A stretch of DNA of 46,308 nucleotides, counting the filler, from Hypanus sabinus (lineage: Eukaryota): NCBI RefSeq assembly GCF_030144855.1. It is 2 parts of 2 records of this genome, joined end to end, with 100 filler letters (N's around TTAATTAATTAA, not from the genome) between each part and the next. Parts side by side here need not be neighbours in the genome. Positions count along the whole stretch, not along the records: positions 1 to 28,481 come from NW_026780679.1; positions 28,582 to 46,308 come from NW_026781020.1. One strand, written 5' to 3'. The notes under the pieces are model-generated. The model was not told where the DNA came from, made no database searches, and saw only the letters and a list, made by a program, of their open reading frames with translations. Each line of letters begins with the position of its first letter. Positions within the stretch are counted from its first letter, which is position 1. Of the stretch, positions 22,133 through 34,142 are shown in pieces. Made by a program: the position numbers and the translations under genes.

Positions 22133-25100
22133 CATTTCTCGGTGGTGTATCACGGGGTCTGTAGTTCACCGAAGAACAATTGTTTTCCTACAACCGTCTG
22201 ACTCCGGAACCAGCGCGGATGTCTTCACTCGCCTCCACCGTAACCTCCAAGCTGCGCGGGTGGGCGGCCGGGCGGTAACTGAAATGTCCCCGGCGCACAT
22301 CTCCTTTGCCGGCGCGCAGCTGGAAATGTATTTTATGAGAATGTCTTGTAAAAGCGCCGCGCGGTTTTCCGGGCCGTGTTATACAAATCCTGTTCGGAGC
22401 AATGGCTGGGCCACGCAGCTGACATAAAATGAAGGGACCGTTTCTCACCTCAACACTAAATTAACTCCACGACCAATGGGCTCACTTTAAAGGACTCTAC
22501 CAATCAGATTCTTAGGATGATTTATTCATCTCTGTTATTTACATGATTCATCTTCGCTTCTACGTTGGTTGCCTTCAGTCTTTGTTTATGTTTGGTGTTG
22601 CATTATTTTTATTGTATTTCTAATTTTCCTGTAGACTAATAACGTAGTAGAATGGATTAAAACTAACTTTAGCAAATTTGCAGAAAGCTGAGTGGCAGTG
22701 TGAAATATGAGGAGGATGTTGGGAGAATGCAGGGTGATCTGGACAGGTTGGGTGAGTGGGAGATGCATGGCAGTTGCAGTTTAATGTGGATAAATGTGCG
22801 GTTATCCACTTTGGTGGGAAAACATGAAGGCAGATTACTATCTGAATGGTGTCAAGTTTGGAAAAGACGAAGAACAACAAGATCTAGGTGTTCTTGTTCA
22901 TCAGTCACTGAAAGTAACCATGCAGGTACAGCCGGTAGTGAAGAAAGCTAATGGCATGTTGGCCTTCATAACAAGGGGAGTCGAGTACAGGAGCAAATAG
23001 GTTCTTCTGCTGTTGTACAGGGCCCTGGTGAGACCACACCCGGACTATTGTGTTCAGTTTTGGTCTCCAAATTAGAGGAAGGAGCATTCTTGCTATTGAG
23101 GGAGTCCAGCGTAGGTTCACGAGGTTGATTCCCGCCATCCCGGGAAAGATTGGAGCGACTGGGCATGTATACATTGGAATTTAGAAGGAGGAGAGGAGAT
23201 CTGATTGAAACATATAAGATTATTAAGGGATTGGACACACTAGAGGCAGGAAACATGTTCCCGATGTTGGGGGGAGTCCAGAATCAGAGGCCACAGTTTA
23301 AGAATAAGGGGTAGGCCGTTTAGAACGGAGTTGAGGAAAAACTTATTTTCACCCAGAGAGTTGTGGATCTGTGGAACGCTCTGCCTCAGAAGGCAGTGGA
23401 GGCCAGTTCTCTGGATGAATTCAAGAAAGAGTTAGATACAGCTCTTATAGATAGCAGAGTCAGGGGATACGGGGAGAAGGCAGGATCATTGGCACTGATT
23501 GTGGATGATCAGATTGAATGGCGGTGCTGGCTCAAAGGACAGAATGGCCTGCCCCTGTGTCTATTGTCTAATGTCTATTGTCTTGTCAACTGCTCTGTAA
23601 TGTCCCAACACCTGAATTCCATGATGTGACTGATGGAGGCCAGCTTGTCAAATGGCTGCTTCAGCGCCGGGTCGGATGGCGCTGGAAGCGATTCCAATGG
23701 GGTCTTTTAAAGCCTCTTCTAGAGATACACGGAGCTTAGGGACATAGAGGGCTATGCGCTAGGGAAACTCTAAGCCGTTCCTGGACCAGGTTGAATGGTC
23801 GGTACCACATTATGCTGCAGATTCTTATGGTCTGTGTTTTATTTTCCAGGTGTAAATGCTTTTCTCGGACACTGTGTGCGCTGACTACCTACACCAGTGC
23901 CCCTCAGGATTGCCTGCTCGACTCTCAGGAATACTGGGTTTGCACTGGTCAAACGCCACACAGGGTACGGTCTCCACTCGATACTACAATGGAGTGCTGG
24001 CACTAACCTGCTTGCTCACCCTCTCAACACCTGTTACCGCCGTCCAGCAACCCAGGATCCGGCTCATTTCTTGCATTCTCTGCCCACTTAGTTCATCTCC
24101 CCAAGGCCCAGCATCTCACGCTTATCCCTCTGAAACTCTGCAATTTCCGCGCAACCATTCCAGAACATGGCATAAAGACTCCGCAGGTGGGGCGGCATCT
24201 GCGGGAAGCGGCCCGGTTAATGCTCCCGGACTGCGTTATTCCAGCAGGAGGCCGAGATGAGTGATTGTATCATTCACCTCCCAGACATCGCAACGTCTAC
24301 GGCAAAAGACAACGCTTCCGCACGGAGACATTACATAAGAACATAAATACATAGGAAATTGGAAAATGGGTAGGCCATCCGGCCCATCGAAACAGCCCCG
24401 CCATTCAATAAGATTATGGCTGATCTGTCCGTAAACTCAGCTCCTTTTCCCCAGAACCCTTAATCCTCCTACTATGTAAAAACCTATCTTACTGTGTCTT
24501 AAATATGTTTAGTGAAGAACCGTCAACTGCTTTCCGGGGCAGGGAATTCCGCAGATTCACCACTCTTGGGGAAAAACATTTTCTCCGCATCTCCATCCTA
24601 AATCTACTGCCCTGAACTTACGGGGAGTGGACAAGAGAATTCTCCTGAAACGTTTACTAAATCGGCCATTATGGAAAGGCGGAACATGCCAAGTCTCAGC
24701 CTTACAAAACGTGTCGCCTGTGGACAAGCCAGTTGTGGATCCACAAAGCAATGTCCCCTTGGATCCCATGCCTACTTACCTTGTCAAAAAGCCTTGCATG
24801 GGGTACCTTAGCAAATATCTTGCTGAAATCCATATACACTACATCCACCGCTCTTCCTGCATCAATGTGTTTAGTCATACCCTGATAAATTCATTGAGGC
24901 TCGTAAAGCACGACCTGCCCTTTAGAAAGCCATGGTGACTACTCCTAAACACATTATACCTTCTAATCATACTGTACATCTACACATGTTCATAAATCCT
25001 GTCTCCCAGGTTCTTCTCCATCAACTTACCAACCATTGAGATAAGACTCACTGGTCTATAGTTTCCTGGGCTATACCTACTCACTTTCTTGAATAAAGGA

Positions 25101-28100
25101 ACAACATTCACAACACTCCAGTCCTCGGAATCCTCCCCCGTCCCCATTGATGATGCAAAGATCATCGCCAGATGCTCGGCAATCTCCACCCCTGCCTCCC
25201 ACAGAAGCCTGGGGTACATTGCAACCGTTCCCGTCGACCTATCCACCTTGATGCTTTCCAGAAGCTCCAGCACATCCTCTTTCTTAATAGCTTTATACTC
25301 AAGCTTTTCAGTCTGCTGGAAGTCATCACGACAATCTCCAAGATCATTTTTCCACAGTGAATACTGAAGTAAAGTATTCATTAAGTCCCTCTTTTATTTC
25401 CTTCGGTTCCATCCACACTTTCCAACTGTCACACTTGATAGGTCCTCTTCTTTCACGTCTTATCCTCTTCCTTTTCGCATACCTGTAGAATGCCTTGGGG
25501 TTTTCCTTAATTCTGCCCTCCATGGCCTTCTCATGGCCCCTTCTGGCTCTCCTAATTTCCTTCTTAAACTCCTTCCTAGTAGCCTTATATCCTTCTACAT
25601 CTCTCACATTACCTAGCTCTCTCAACCTTTTGTAATTTTTCCTTTTCTTCTTGACTACATTAATTACAGCCTTTGTACCCAACGGTTCCTGCACCCGACC
25701 ATAACTTCCCACTCATTGGAACGTAACTATACATAACTCCACACAAATATCCCCAGAATATTTGCCACATTTCTTCCGTACTGTTCCCTGAGAACATCTG
25801 TTTCCAATTTAAGCCTCCGTGTTCCTGCCTGAGAGCCTCAGAATTCCCCTTACTCCAATTAAACACTTTTCCAACTTGTCTGTTCCTATCTCACTCCAAT
25901 GCTGTTGGAAAGGAGATCGAATTATGATCACTATCTCCAAAATGTTCTCCCACTGACAGATCTGACACCTGACCAGGTTCATTTCCCACGGACCAGGTTC
26001 AGTTCATTGCCGATCCAGCAAATAATATAATAAAAACACTCCTTTTTTAAAAATGTGCATCTTTGGTTACGCTCCGGAGAAGCCTTTGATGTCGATCGCC
26101 CAACCACTTCATGGGGAGAGCCGCATGCTCTCACTAACTGGGACTTTAAAGCCCTGGTTAAGGAAACTTTCTTCAACACATTTAACAAACGGCTTCCGAT
26201 CTCGACCTTCTACACAACGGAGTCCCAGTCAATAGTTCGAAAGTTAAAATCACCTAATATTACAACCTTATCTTTCTTGTAACGGGATGCTATGTCACCA
26301 GAAATTTACTCCGTTTACTTTCTATACCATAATCCGGTTAACGTGGTTATATTTTCTTGTTTCTCAGTTCTACCCATGATCAATCACCGGCCGATCTACC
26401 CAGTCTGCAATGAGCAGTGCCGAGACATTTTCCAAAACTGGAAATGCCAGATATCCCACCACCACTTCATCCTCTCGCTCTTTCCCGGCGACAAAAGCGG
26501 AACCCCGGATCACAGCTGCCAGCCCTACCCATTCTTCAACCAACGACTCCTGAAGGGTGAAGTCCGTCCCCGGGTGCTGTCTGTACAGCGGTGTTAACCA
26601 ATCAGAATCGGTGACGTAGTTAGTGCAGCACCCTCAGCCGCGTCATAACGTTTGACACGTTATCATAACGCCAGAGATTCTGCGCATGCTGGGAATCCAA
26701 AGGGGAGATCAGCACGCCTGGCAGCATCCATGGAAATGAACGCCACGGGCCGTGACGCTTCCCCGGGACCGGGAAGGAAATTAGAAGAAGCCAAAAGTAA
26801 AAGTTAAGGGGAGGAGGAAGAGGTTTGACAGGAAATGAATCGGTAGATGCCAGGTGGTTGAGAAATGTCAGGGTCAGGTGATGAAGGAATCTGATATGGG
26901 AGGTGAGTGAACGAAAGGGGAAAGGAAAGGAGGACCGTCACGGGGTAGGGGGTGATAGCCAGGTGAGAAGAGGTAAGAGATCACAGTGGGGAATGGAAGA
27001 AGGGGGGAGCTTGAGAGATTTCTTTCAAACGGAAGGAGAAATTGATACTCACGTTATCAGGTTCGATTTGCCCAGATGGAATATAAGGTGCTACTGCCCA
27101 CCCTCTAACATCGCGGTCTAATCAGGTGTCACTTACTTCGTAATCTATCTCTGTCTCTATCCGAGACACGGGCATGTGCGGAGATGGTGAAGGAATCGGT
27201 GATGGCAATCGTTATTCGCTTTAATTCGGCTCGGTATTTGTCGAAGATTTCGTGGACGGAACGCCTGTTGTTCTGCTTGCCGCCAGCAGGAGGTCGCTGT
27301 TTGGAGAGAAAAGGAAAGGATTGTTTTTCCCCAGTTGGTGTGTGGATTGCCGTTTCGAAAAGTTGCCTCCTGGGCATGCGCAGTTCCTTCGACCGCTTCC
27401 CGATGATGATTAGTTGTTTAGGTTTGGACAAGCTCTCGTATTTGACCATGTTTCGGAGGAGTTTCGTTTAGTATCGTGGGGAGTTTGAAGCTCTATTCGT
27501 TTTTAACACTTTTACTTAACTTGCAGGGATTAAATCAGCACGGTATTCTGAATGGACGTCATTGCAGTTGCTGTCTTTGGGGATCGTTGCTTCGACTGGC
27601 CCCTGATGTTGTCTAAGTAGTCATCAATCCCTGCGTGATTTCCTAAGGGGGTATTTCGAGCGGGGCGATAGGGGCGGGTGCGTCTTGCTAATCTCTCTTT
27701 ACTCATTCGCTCTGAATCCTTGTCTGAGCAAGGTCCTCTTGTATCCTTAGTGTTTTCAGTCCTTCAAGATTCTGAAGTGAACCTGAGCTCCGTTTTGCTT
27801 GGCTAGTTGATTTTTTTTAATACATCTTTGCTTCAGTTTTGAATTGCCGAAGTCCCTGTCATTCCTGCACCCGAGTGTCACTGACGATTACGTATTTTCT
27901 TCTATTTCATTTCATTTAGAGATACAGCGCGGCAGATATTCGAACTGAGAGGTGAAGCCAGAGCTCCTGGGTGGGGTGGGGATGGCGGGGGGAGCCAGAC
28001 GTAGTCACGTGGAGAAAGTACCATCTCCTGACAGCGAGCGCCAGAGTTCAGTTCGTAACTCCGGGATAGATAAATGCCCCTCAGGCTGATGCACAGTAAC

Positions 28101-28481
28101 GGTCTCATAGGCGCATGCGCCAAACGCCGTCAAGTGGGAATAGTGTAAATGGACATCTTGTTCGGCGAGGATCATATGGGCGGCGAAATTTCTTCCCGTG
28201 TGAGCTTCAGTGCATGAACCAGATTCAATCTGATCCCAAAGGTCAATTGGGCAAATTTCAAAGTGTCTATCGATGCACCTCGATCGTAAACGCTTCCATA
28301 TCTCGCCCAGGCTTTCCGCTCCGGAGACACACCACCCTCCGTGCAAGAAAATCGTTCCTTAAAACATTCCTCACTCTCATCTAAAGTTGATGAGAGCCGG
28401 GAACTGACATTTATTCACACTGTGGAAGCATCTCTGACTCACGACTCCATCAGCGCCTCTCATAATCATATAAATGTACAT

Positions 28482-28581
28482 NNNNNNNNNNNNNNNNNNN
28501 NNNNNNNNNNNNNNNNNNNNNNNNNTTAATTAATTAANNNNNNNNNNNNNNNNNNNNNNNNNNNNNNNNNNNNNNNNNNNN
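28482..28581. other. Artificial contig-join spacer: 44 N + TTAATTAATTAA + 44 N
   Basis: Exactly 100 bp, symmetric, with a six-frame stop linker in the centre. Confidence 0.9.
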
Positions 28582-28701
28582 TTTTGTACCTTCCCCAGAA
28601 CGGATACCAGTGACATCACAACAGATGAACGAAAATTAGAATTATTGTTCGATAAAGGAATGGTAGAAAGATATATCCATATACAGATACAAACTTCAAC
28701 A

Positions 28702-28745
28702 GATGGATGGATAGATGGATAAATAGATAGACTGATGGGTAGATA
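28702..28745. repeat. Degenerate (GGAT/AGAT)n tetranucleotide repeat
   Basis: Direct reading. Confidence 0.7.
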
Positions 28746-29946
28746 GGTAAATAAAGGGAGAGAGGGATTTAGAAAGTGAGTNNNNNNNNNNNNNNNNNNN
28801 NNNNNNNNNNNNNNNNNNNNNNNNNNNNNNNNNNNNNNNNNNNNNNNNNNNNNNNNNNNNNNNNNNNNNNNNNNNNNNNNNNNNNNNNNNNNNNNNNNNN
28901 NNNNNNNNNNNNNNNNNNNNNNNNNNNNNNNNNNNNNNNCTGGAGACTAATAACTGCGACTTTATTGGTTATGGCTCCTAGACCTCTGATTAGTTAACCA
29001 ATCAAAAGAAGTGCATTTCCTTCTTCATCAAGCACGGACATTGTCGTTCAATACCAAACCGTATTTCCATCTTCGCCCTTCTTTCGGCTGTTGAATTGTA
29101 ATTGTGCTCGTTTATGACGCGCAGGAAGTGACGCAGCTGTCCACTAGCCAGTAGCATAGCAGTAGTCGAAACAGGAAACGCAAAGTGGTTCTCCTGAATG
29201 CTGGCATTGCGCTAACCATTTGATGTTCTCTAACTCGGGCCGATGATGGCAAGTGGGACACGTTGCATCCTAGTTATTCTGCCGTTGAACCCAAGTGAGT
29301 CTAAACGGCACAGATCCATAGTCAGGTGCAGCGTTCTTGCTGGCCTCACGTCGTGCGACATTGGCCGTTGTTTAGCTTGGTAGAGGGTCAAGAACTCCGT
29401 CCGAACTCGTGTCCCTAAACTGCAAGGTCAGACCACCAATGACCAAGCACCAGTGGACGGCCGTCCCTCTCCCCTTTGTGTTCTGTCATTGAAAGGATAG
29501 CTCCTCTATCGTTAAACACATGTTTTATTTTCATTTGAGCAATGGATGTGACCTCGCTGGTTTACCGAATGTGGTCGGTAACTTTTATGTACTCGAGTTT
29601 TGTCTTTCTGTTTTTTTTTTTCAGAATACCTGGTTGATTATTGAGAGTAAGAGTCTGATAGGTTTTCCATCTTACATGGGTTCTGGTCGCGTACGTGAAC
29701 GGCGTGAAATGATCAGCAAATTTGGGGGTTCGGCGTAGAAGGGCAGGACACTCACCGGAAATGGTGCGGAACGACGACAAACAGCGGGTCTTTGGTGTAG
29801 ATGCATAGGGAATGCACAGTGAATGATGCGATTAGATGCCAGAGTAACGAGTCAATGTGATGGTGGGTGTGTCGAGTGAGAGACGGACAGTTTCTCTGCT
29901 GCGCCAGAGGGAGGCTTATATCTCGAATCGGGGCTGGTTCAAGGAA

Positions 29947-29990
29947 GGGGCGTGGCTGATCGCTGCTTACGCAAAAACATCTACGTCACT
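29947..29990 (+). promoter_or_regulatory. V4 promoter: GC box and reversed decamer
   Basis: GGGGCGTGGC (29947-29956), CTACGTCACT (29981-29990; reverse AGTGACGTAG). Confidence 0.6.
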
Positions 29991-30081
29991 GGGATACGTA
30001 ACAAACGGGGTAAAAGTGAATGGATTCCTCTCTGCTGCACGCAGTTCTTCCATCACTCAGAGAATAAAACCGGCAGGAAAG

Positions 30082-30715
30082 ATGTTCCTGTTTCTGCGGT
30101 TCATCCTTGCCTGCCACTGTGAGTGAACTTGACAAAAAATATTCTTTTTATTTCTTTGCGTCTCTGTTCCTGTCAGATTCCCCCTCACTTGCGTTACCTT
30201 CCGCTAGTCTCGCAATCTTTATTTATTTAGTTACGAATCATGGCGTCCTCACACTATCTCCCTTTGCCGCCGACTCCAAATTCCGTCCACCTCTGGAGCT
30301 CTCCCGACTTCAGGTCTTCTCTTTCCTTTCCTCAATGTACCCTCTTTCTCCCCTTCCCTATTAACCATGGTGTCCGTGTTCATTCACCACCTATGCCACC
30401 CCCGTCTATTTTTCTTGACGTGACCTCGGTGACGATCCACCAGACTTCGGATTTCTCCGCCCTTCCTGGCCAGAAGGTTGCGCTTCGCTGCACAGTCGAG
30501 GTTGTAGCAGTGCTGGTAACGTGTTGTACTGGTACCGTCAATACCCGGGAAAGGGTCCGGAGAACATGTTTTACACTATGACAGCTATGTACGTCCAGCC
30601 AGAGGGATTGGTCGACGGTTTTACGGCGGAGAGATCGCAGAGCAACGAGTTCTTCCTGAAGTCCGACAAGCTGGAAGCGAATTCGTCGGCCGTGTATTTC
30701 TGTGCCTGGAGTGAT
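30082..30715 (+). pseudogene. TRBV: TCR beta V pseudogene V4 (leader 30082-30118, V exon 30418-30715)
   Basis: Leader MFLFLRFILACH + GTGAGT. Acceptor reads TTG where paralogs have CAG. A 1-nt deletion near 30501 splits VTIHQ...LRCTVE from LYWYRQYPGKGPENMFY...YFCAWSD. Confidence 0.9.
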
Positions 30716-30754
30716 CACGGCGGCTCAGAGTGACGGGGCAACTGTACAAAAACG
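30716..30754 (+). other. 23-RSS of V4
   Basis: CACGGCG + 23 bp + ACAAAAACG. Confidence 0.93.
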
Positions 30755-30789
30755 GCTCGCTGCTGTCAGCAAAACAGTAAACACGACGC

Positions 30790-30799
30790 CTGTCAATCA
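30790..30799 (-). promoter_or_regulatory. PBX-MEIS/PREP decamer 3' of the V4 RSS
   Basis: CTGTCAATCA = reverse TGATTGACAG, 35 bp after the nonamer. Confidence 0.6.
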
Positions 30800-31452
30800 T
30801 ATGGTGGTAGGTGGGTCTACGTATTGTGCGCCGAAGCGTCCAATCCTTGAAATAAGGGGCGATGTTGTTGTACAGTAGCTTTAAATTCCCTCCTCTTCTT
30901 AAGCATTCAGCTGGGAGAAGACAATCCGCACACTCAGCGTTCCACTCCAGTCTTCCTTGTCACGTGCGGTCTTCCCACGCATCTTCGGTCTGGGAGGATC
31001 GGAACCTTTCTGTGAGCCAACAATGTTCAGTACCCAAGATCAATTTCAAGCTCGTTATTTTCTTTGTCTATTGATGAATGCACAGAATACGGGGAGTATT
31101 GAACGGTTCAGGAACAGATGAAGCAAGTGACATAAGGGTTTGGCAAACACAACGGAAATGGTGGAGAATGTCGAGGGACAGAAGGACCACGGTGCAGGAA
31201 GGTAGGAGAGTGCCGGTTAATGGGGATTGTTCAGAAACAGGGAGGGATTGGATAACAAGGGAAGGACAAACACCGTGAATGGTGGGGATTGTCCAGGTAC
31301 ATAGAGGTCTCGGTGCACGAAGATAGGAGAGTGCCGGTTAATACGGATGGTTCAGAAACAGGGAGGGATTGGATAACGATGTTCGGACACGCATCGTGAA
31401 TAAGAAGTCTACATCAATACAATCGAGCTAGGTGTGAAAGCACAGGCTGCTA

Positions 31453-31466
31453 CCACTAGGGGGCGG
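31453..31466 (+). promoter_or_regulatory. CTCF-like site (paralogous variant CGACTAGGGGGCG at 39617-39629)
   Basis: CCACTAGGGGGCGG matches the CTCF core consensus. Confidence 0.7.
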
Positions 31467-32002
31467 GCAAACACTGTGCTAAAATTTATGCTAGTTATTT
31501 CTCGGGTATTTAAAGTATCACATTACATCTGTAAAAGTCCATTTTCTCTTCGGCTAGTGCCAAGAGCCAGAGATGGAAGCTCAGGCAGGTAGAGGAGGAG
31601 AAAGTTTGAATGCCAGAGACTGCTCTATGCAGGACACAATGTGCTTCATAAGGTTCAATGTATGGCACTCACTATAGAAATTAAAATGTTGTTTGTCTCC
31701 TGGCATAAGGATTTAATAAAAACACCGTGATTAGTGGTTAATGGTGAGCAACAGAGGGCCCTCGTTGTACTGGGTAGAATACAAACTGCAAATAGTGGGG
31801 ATTGTCGAGGGACAGAGGAAATTCGGTGTACGGCGCGAGGACTCACATCGTGAACTGTGAGGATTGTCGAAGGAAAGCGGGACCTCATTGTGCGAAGATA
31901 AGAGTGGGCCGGAAAATGGTGGTTGTTAAGAGATGTTGAGGGATGGTATAACGATTATGCATCGGATTTGGAGATGATCTGTTGGTGAATGACACTTGGT
32001 GG

Positions 32003-32124
32003 GTGTCGGCTAAATTGGGGTTATCAGCTGAACTATGTGTGTCCGCGGATTTGGGATTGCTCGCTGATTTGGTGTTTCCGGCATATAATGGGGTACTAGC
32101 CGATATGGGAGTGTGTGCGAATAG
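32003..32124 (+). repeat. Degenerate 18-bp tandem repeat (about 7 units), cut by a gap
   Basis: Consensus GTG TCN GCN GAT TTG GGN. Confidence 0.7.
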
Positions 32125-32368
32125 NNNNNNNNNNNNNNNNNNNNNNNNNNNNNNNNNNNNNNNNNNNNNNNNNNNNNNNNNNNNNNNNNNNNNNNNNNNN
32201 NNNNNNNNNNNNNNNNNNNNNNNNNNNNNNNNNNNNNNNNNNNNNNNNNNNNNNNNNNNNNNNNNNNNNNNNNNNNNNNNNNNNNNNNNNNNNNNNNNNN
32301 NNNNNNNNNNNNNNNNNNNNNNNNNNNNNNNNNNNNNNNNNNNNNNNNNNNNNNNNNNNNNNNNNNNN

Positions 32369-32440
32369 ATCTATCTATCAACCAACCTACCTATCGATCT
32401 ATCTGTCAATCTATCTATACATCTATGTATCTACCTGTTT
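32369..32440. repeat. Degenerate (TATC)n repeat
   Basis: Direct reading. Confidence 0.75.
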
Positions 32441-32549
32441 ATTTATTTGCTTAGTTATTTCACAGGACTTGGGGCGGATCTTGGGGTTTGAAACAGAAGA
32501 GAATCGTCAGATGCAGGAAGATGGAAAGCAGCGGTGTTTTGGGCCGCTG

Positions 32550-33130
32550 ATTGAAGAATGGATGAACTAAATTTGGAGAGAGTTTCAAGGAGGCGCACGA
32601 GAATGATTCTGACGTTTCGCGCAAAGACACACCATCAGGAGATGTCTGCCGTCAATCAGCGAGTCGACGCCCGAGTGTCGGCGTGACTGATCAGTTGACG
32701 AGCGTTTACGCGAGGTCGCACCTTTGCACTTTCTGCCTTGTGAATAAGGATTCAAGTACTGAATTAGAATGGCAAAACAACGATGTATCATTGTGAATTT
32801 ATAAAGCACCAATGAGGCCACAGTTGGAGCTTTGTAACCTCTTTTTCGGCCACGTATCTAAAAATGGATGAGCTGAAATAGTTTTAAAGCAGTTGACCGA
32901 GAATGTTTCCAACGTTACGTGCAGATATATTTCATCAATTCTTGCATTCGCTTGCTTTAGGATTCAAGTCACTGAACCCAGCGTGCGCCCAAATACTCAC
33001 ATTCAACTCCTGTATAGAAAGAGTTAAATTTGATTCATGTTTAGTGGATCTGCAGAACAGTGCAGTACAGAACAGAAGTTTATAAGAACAAAACGATTTC
33101 AGGCTGGAACCTGTTCAGAGCATGATGATG
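32550..33130 (+). mobile_element. Old CR1 3' remnant, paralogous to about 39130-39500
   Basis: ttggagagagt..aaggagg.gcacgagaatgat shared with the 39 kb copy. Confidence 0.55.
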
Positions 33131-33347
33131 TAAATGGACACGCATCTTTTCTCCAGTATCCAACTGGAGAAAAATATCGAAATCACATAGACCTGGGAGC
33201 TTAAATATATCGCAGACAGTGAGATAACCGGGGGTGAGGAAGAAAGAGATTGGGAAGGACAAGGAGAGCGTCAGAGAGGGAGAGTGTTCTGTGGTCAAGT
33301 AGCTACAGCGGAAGCGGTACACCTCTCAATCGTTTTGGAGCAGATCA

Positions 33348-33391
33348 GGGGCGTGGCCAATCGACACTTCCGCAACGCGACATATGTCACT
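33348..33391 (+). promoter_or_regulatory. V5 promoter: GC box and reversed decamer
   Basis: GGGGCGTGGC (33348-33357), ATATGTCACT (33382-33391). Confidence 0.6.
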
Positions 33392-33479
33392 GATATAAGT
33401 AACAACCGGGATTGAACTGAGTGGATAATTTCTCTCTACACGCACTATCATGACTGAGAGAATAAACCCTCCAAGAAGG

Positions 33480-34103
33480 ATGTTTCTGTTTTTGCTCTTT
33501 GTTCTCGCCATCCACTGTGAGTGAAAGCTGAAAATGCTTTTTTTTAAAATTTCTCTGTATCCGTATACCTTTCACATTCCCGTCACCTGCCGTCTTGTAC
33601 TCATCATTTATTTCGTTCGAGCAGTCGTGTACGCACACGATCTGCCCTCTGCGACAGCCTCTAAATTCCGATCCCTTCTCGAGCTTTCCCGACTTCCATC
33701 CTCCTCTTTGGTTCCCTCAATGCACCCCCGTTTCTCCACTTTCACATTGACTAGCCTCTCCATGTTTATTCATCCCGTTCTGTGCCCCCGTCTCTTATTT
33801 CCAGACGCGACCTCGGTGACGATCCACCAGATTCCGGCTTTCTCCGGAACTCCCGGCCAGAAGGTGACCCTGAATTGCAGAGTCGAGGGTAGTACCAGTG
33901 CGAGTATTGAGTTGTACTGGTACCGACAATCCCCGGGAAAGGGTCCGGAGAACATGTTTTACTCGAGCATTGCTAAGTTCGTGCAGCCAAAGGGACTGGT
34001 CGACGGTTTTTCGGCGGATAGACCGCACACCAACGAATTCTTCCTGAAGTCCGACAAACTGGAGGCGGATTCGTCGTCCGTGTATTTCTGCGCCTGGAGT
34101 GAT
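33480..34103 (+). CDS. TRBV: TCR beta V gene segment V5, intact (leader 33480-33516, V exon 33805-34103; in-frame upstream ATG at 33450)
   Basis: Leader MFLFLLFVLAIH + GTGAGT, acceptor ttccAG. Exon ATSVTIHQIPAFSGTPGQKVTLNCRVEGSTSASIELYWYRQSPGKGPENMFYSSIAKFVQPKGLVDGFSADRPHTNEFFLKSDKLEADSSSVYFCAWSD is open. Confidence 0.94.
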
Positions 34104-34142
34104 CACGGCGGTTCAGAGTGCCGGGGCAGCTGTACAAAAACT
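34104..34142 (+). other. 23-RSS of V5
   Basis: CACGGCG + 23 bp + ACAAAAACT. Confidence 0.95.

Larger units (their letters stand above)
19635..28481. repeat. Segmental duplicate, copy 2, truncated by the contig end
   Basis: As above; ends at the N spacer. Confidence 0.92.

Noticed and set aside
1-28481. Long repeated units as a CRISPR array, prophage or operon; most ORF-track entries as genes
   Set aside because: Units are kilobase eukaryotic duplications. The ORFs are off-frame or antisense readings of LINE remnants, microsatellites or N runs.
28526-28537. TTAATTAATTAA palindrome as a biological site
   Set aside because: Centred in a 100-bp N spacer; assembly linker.
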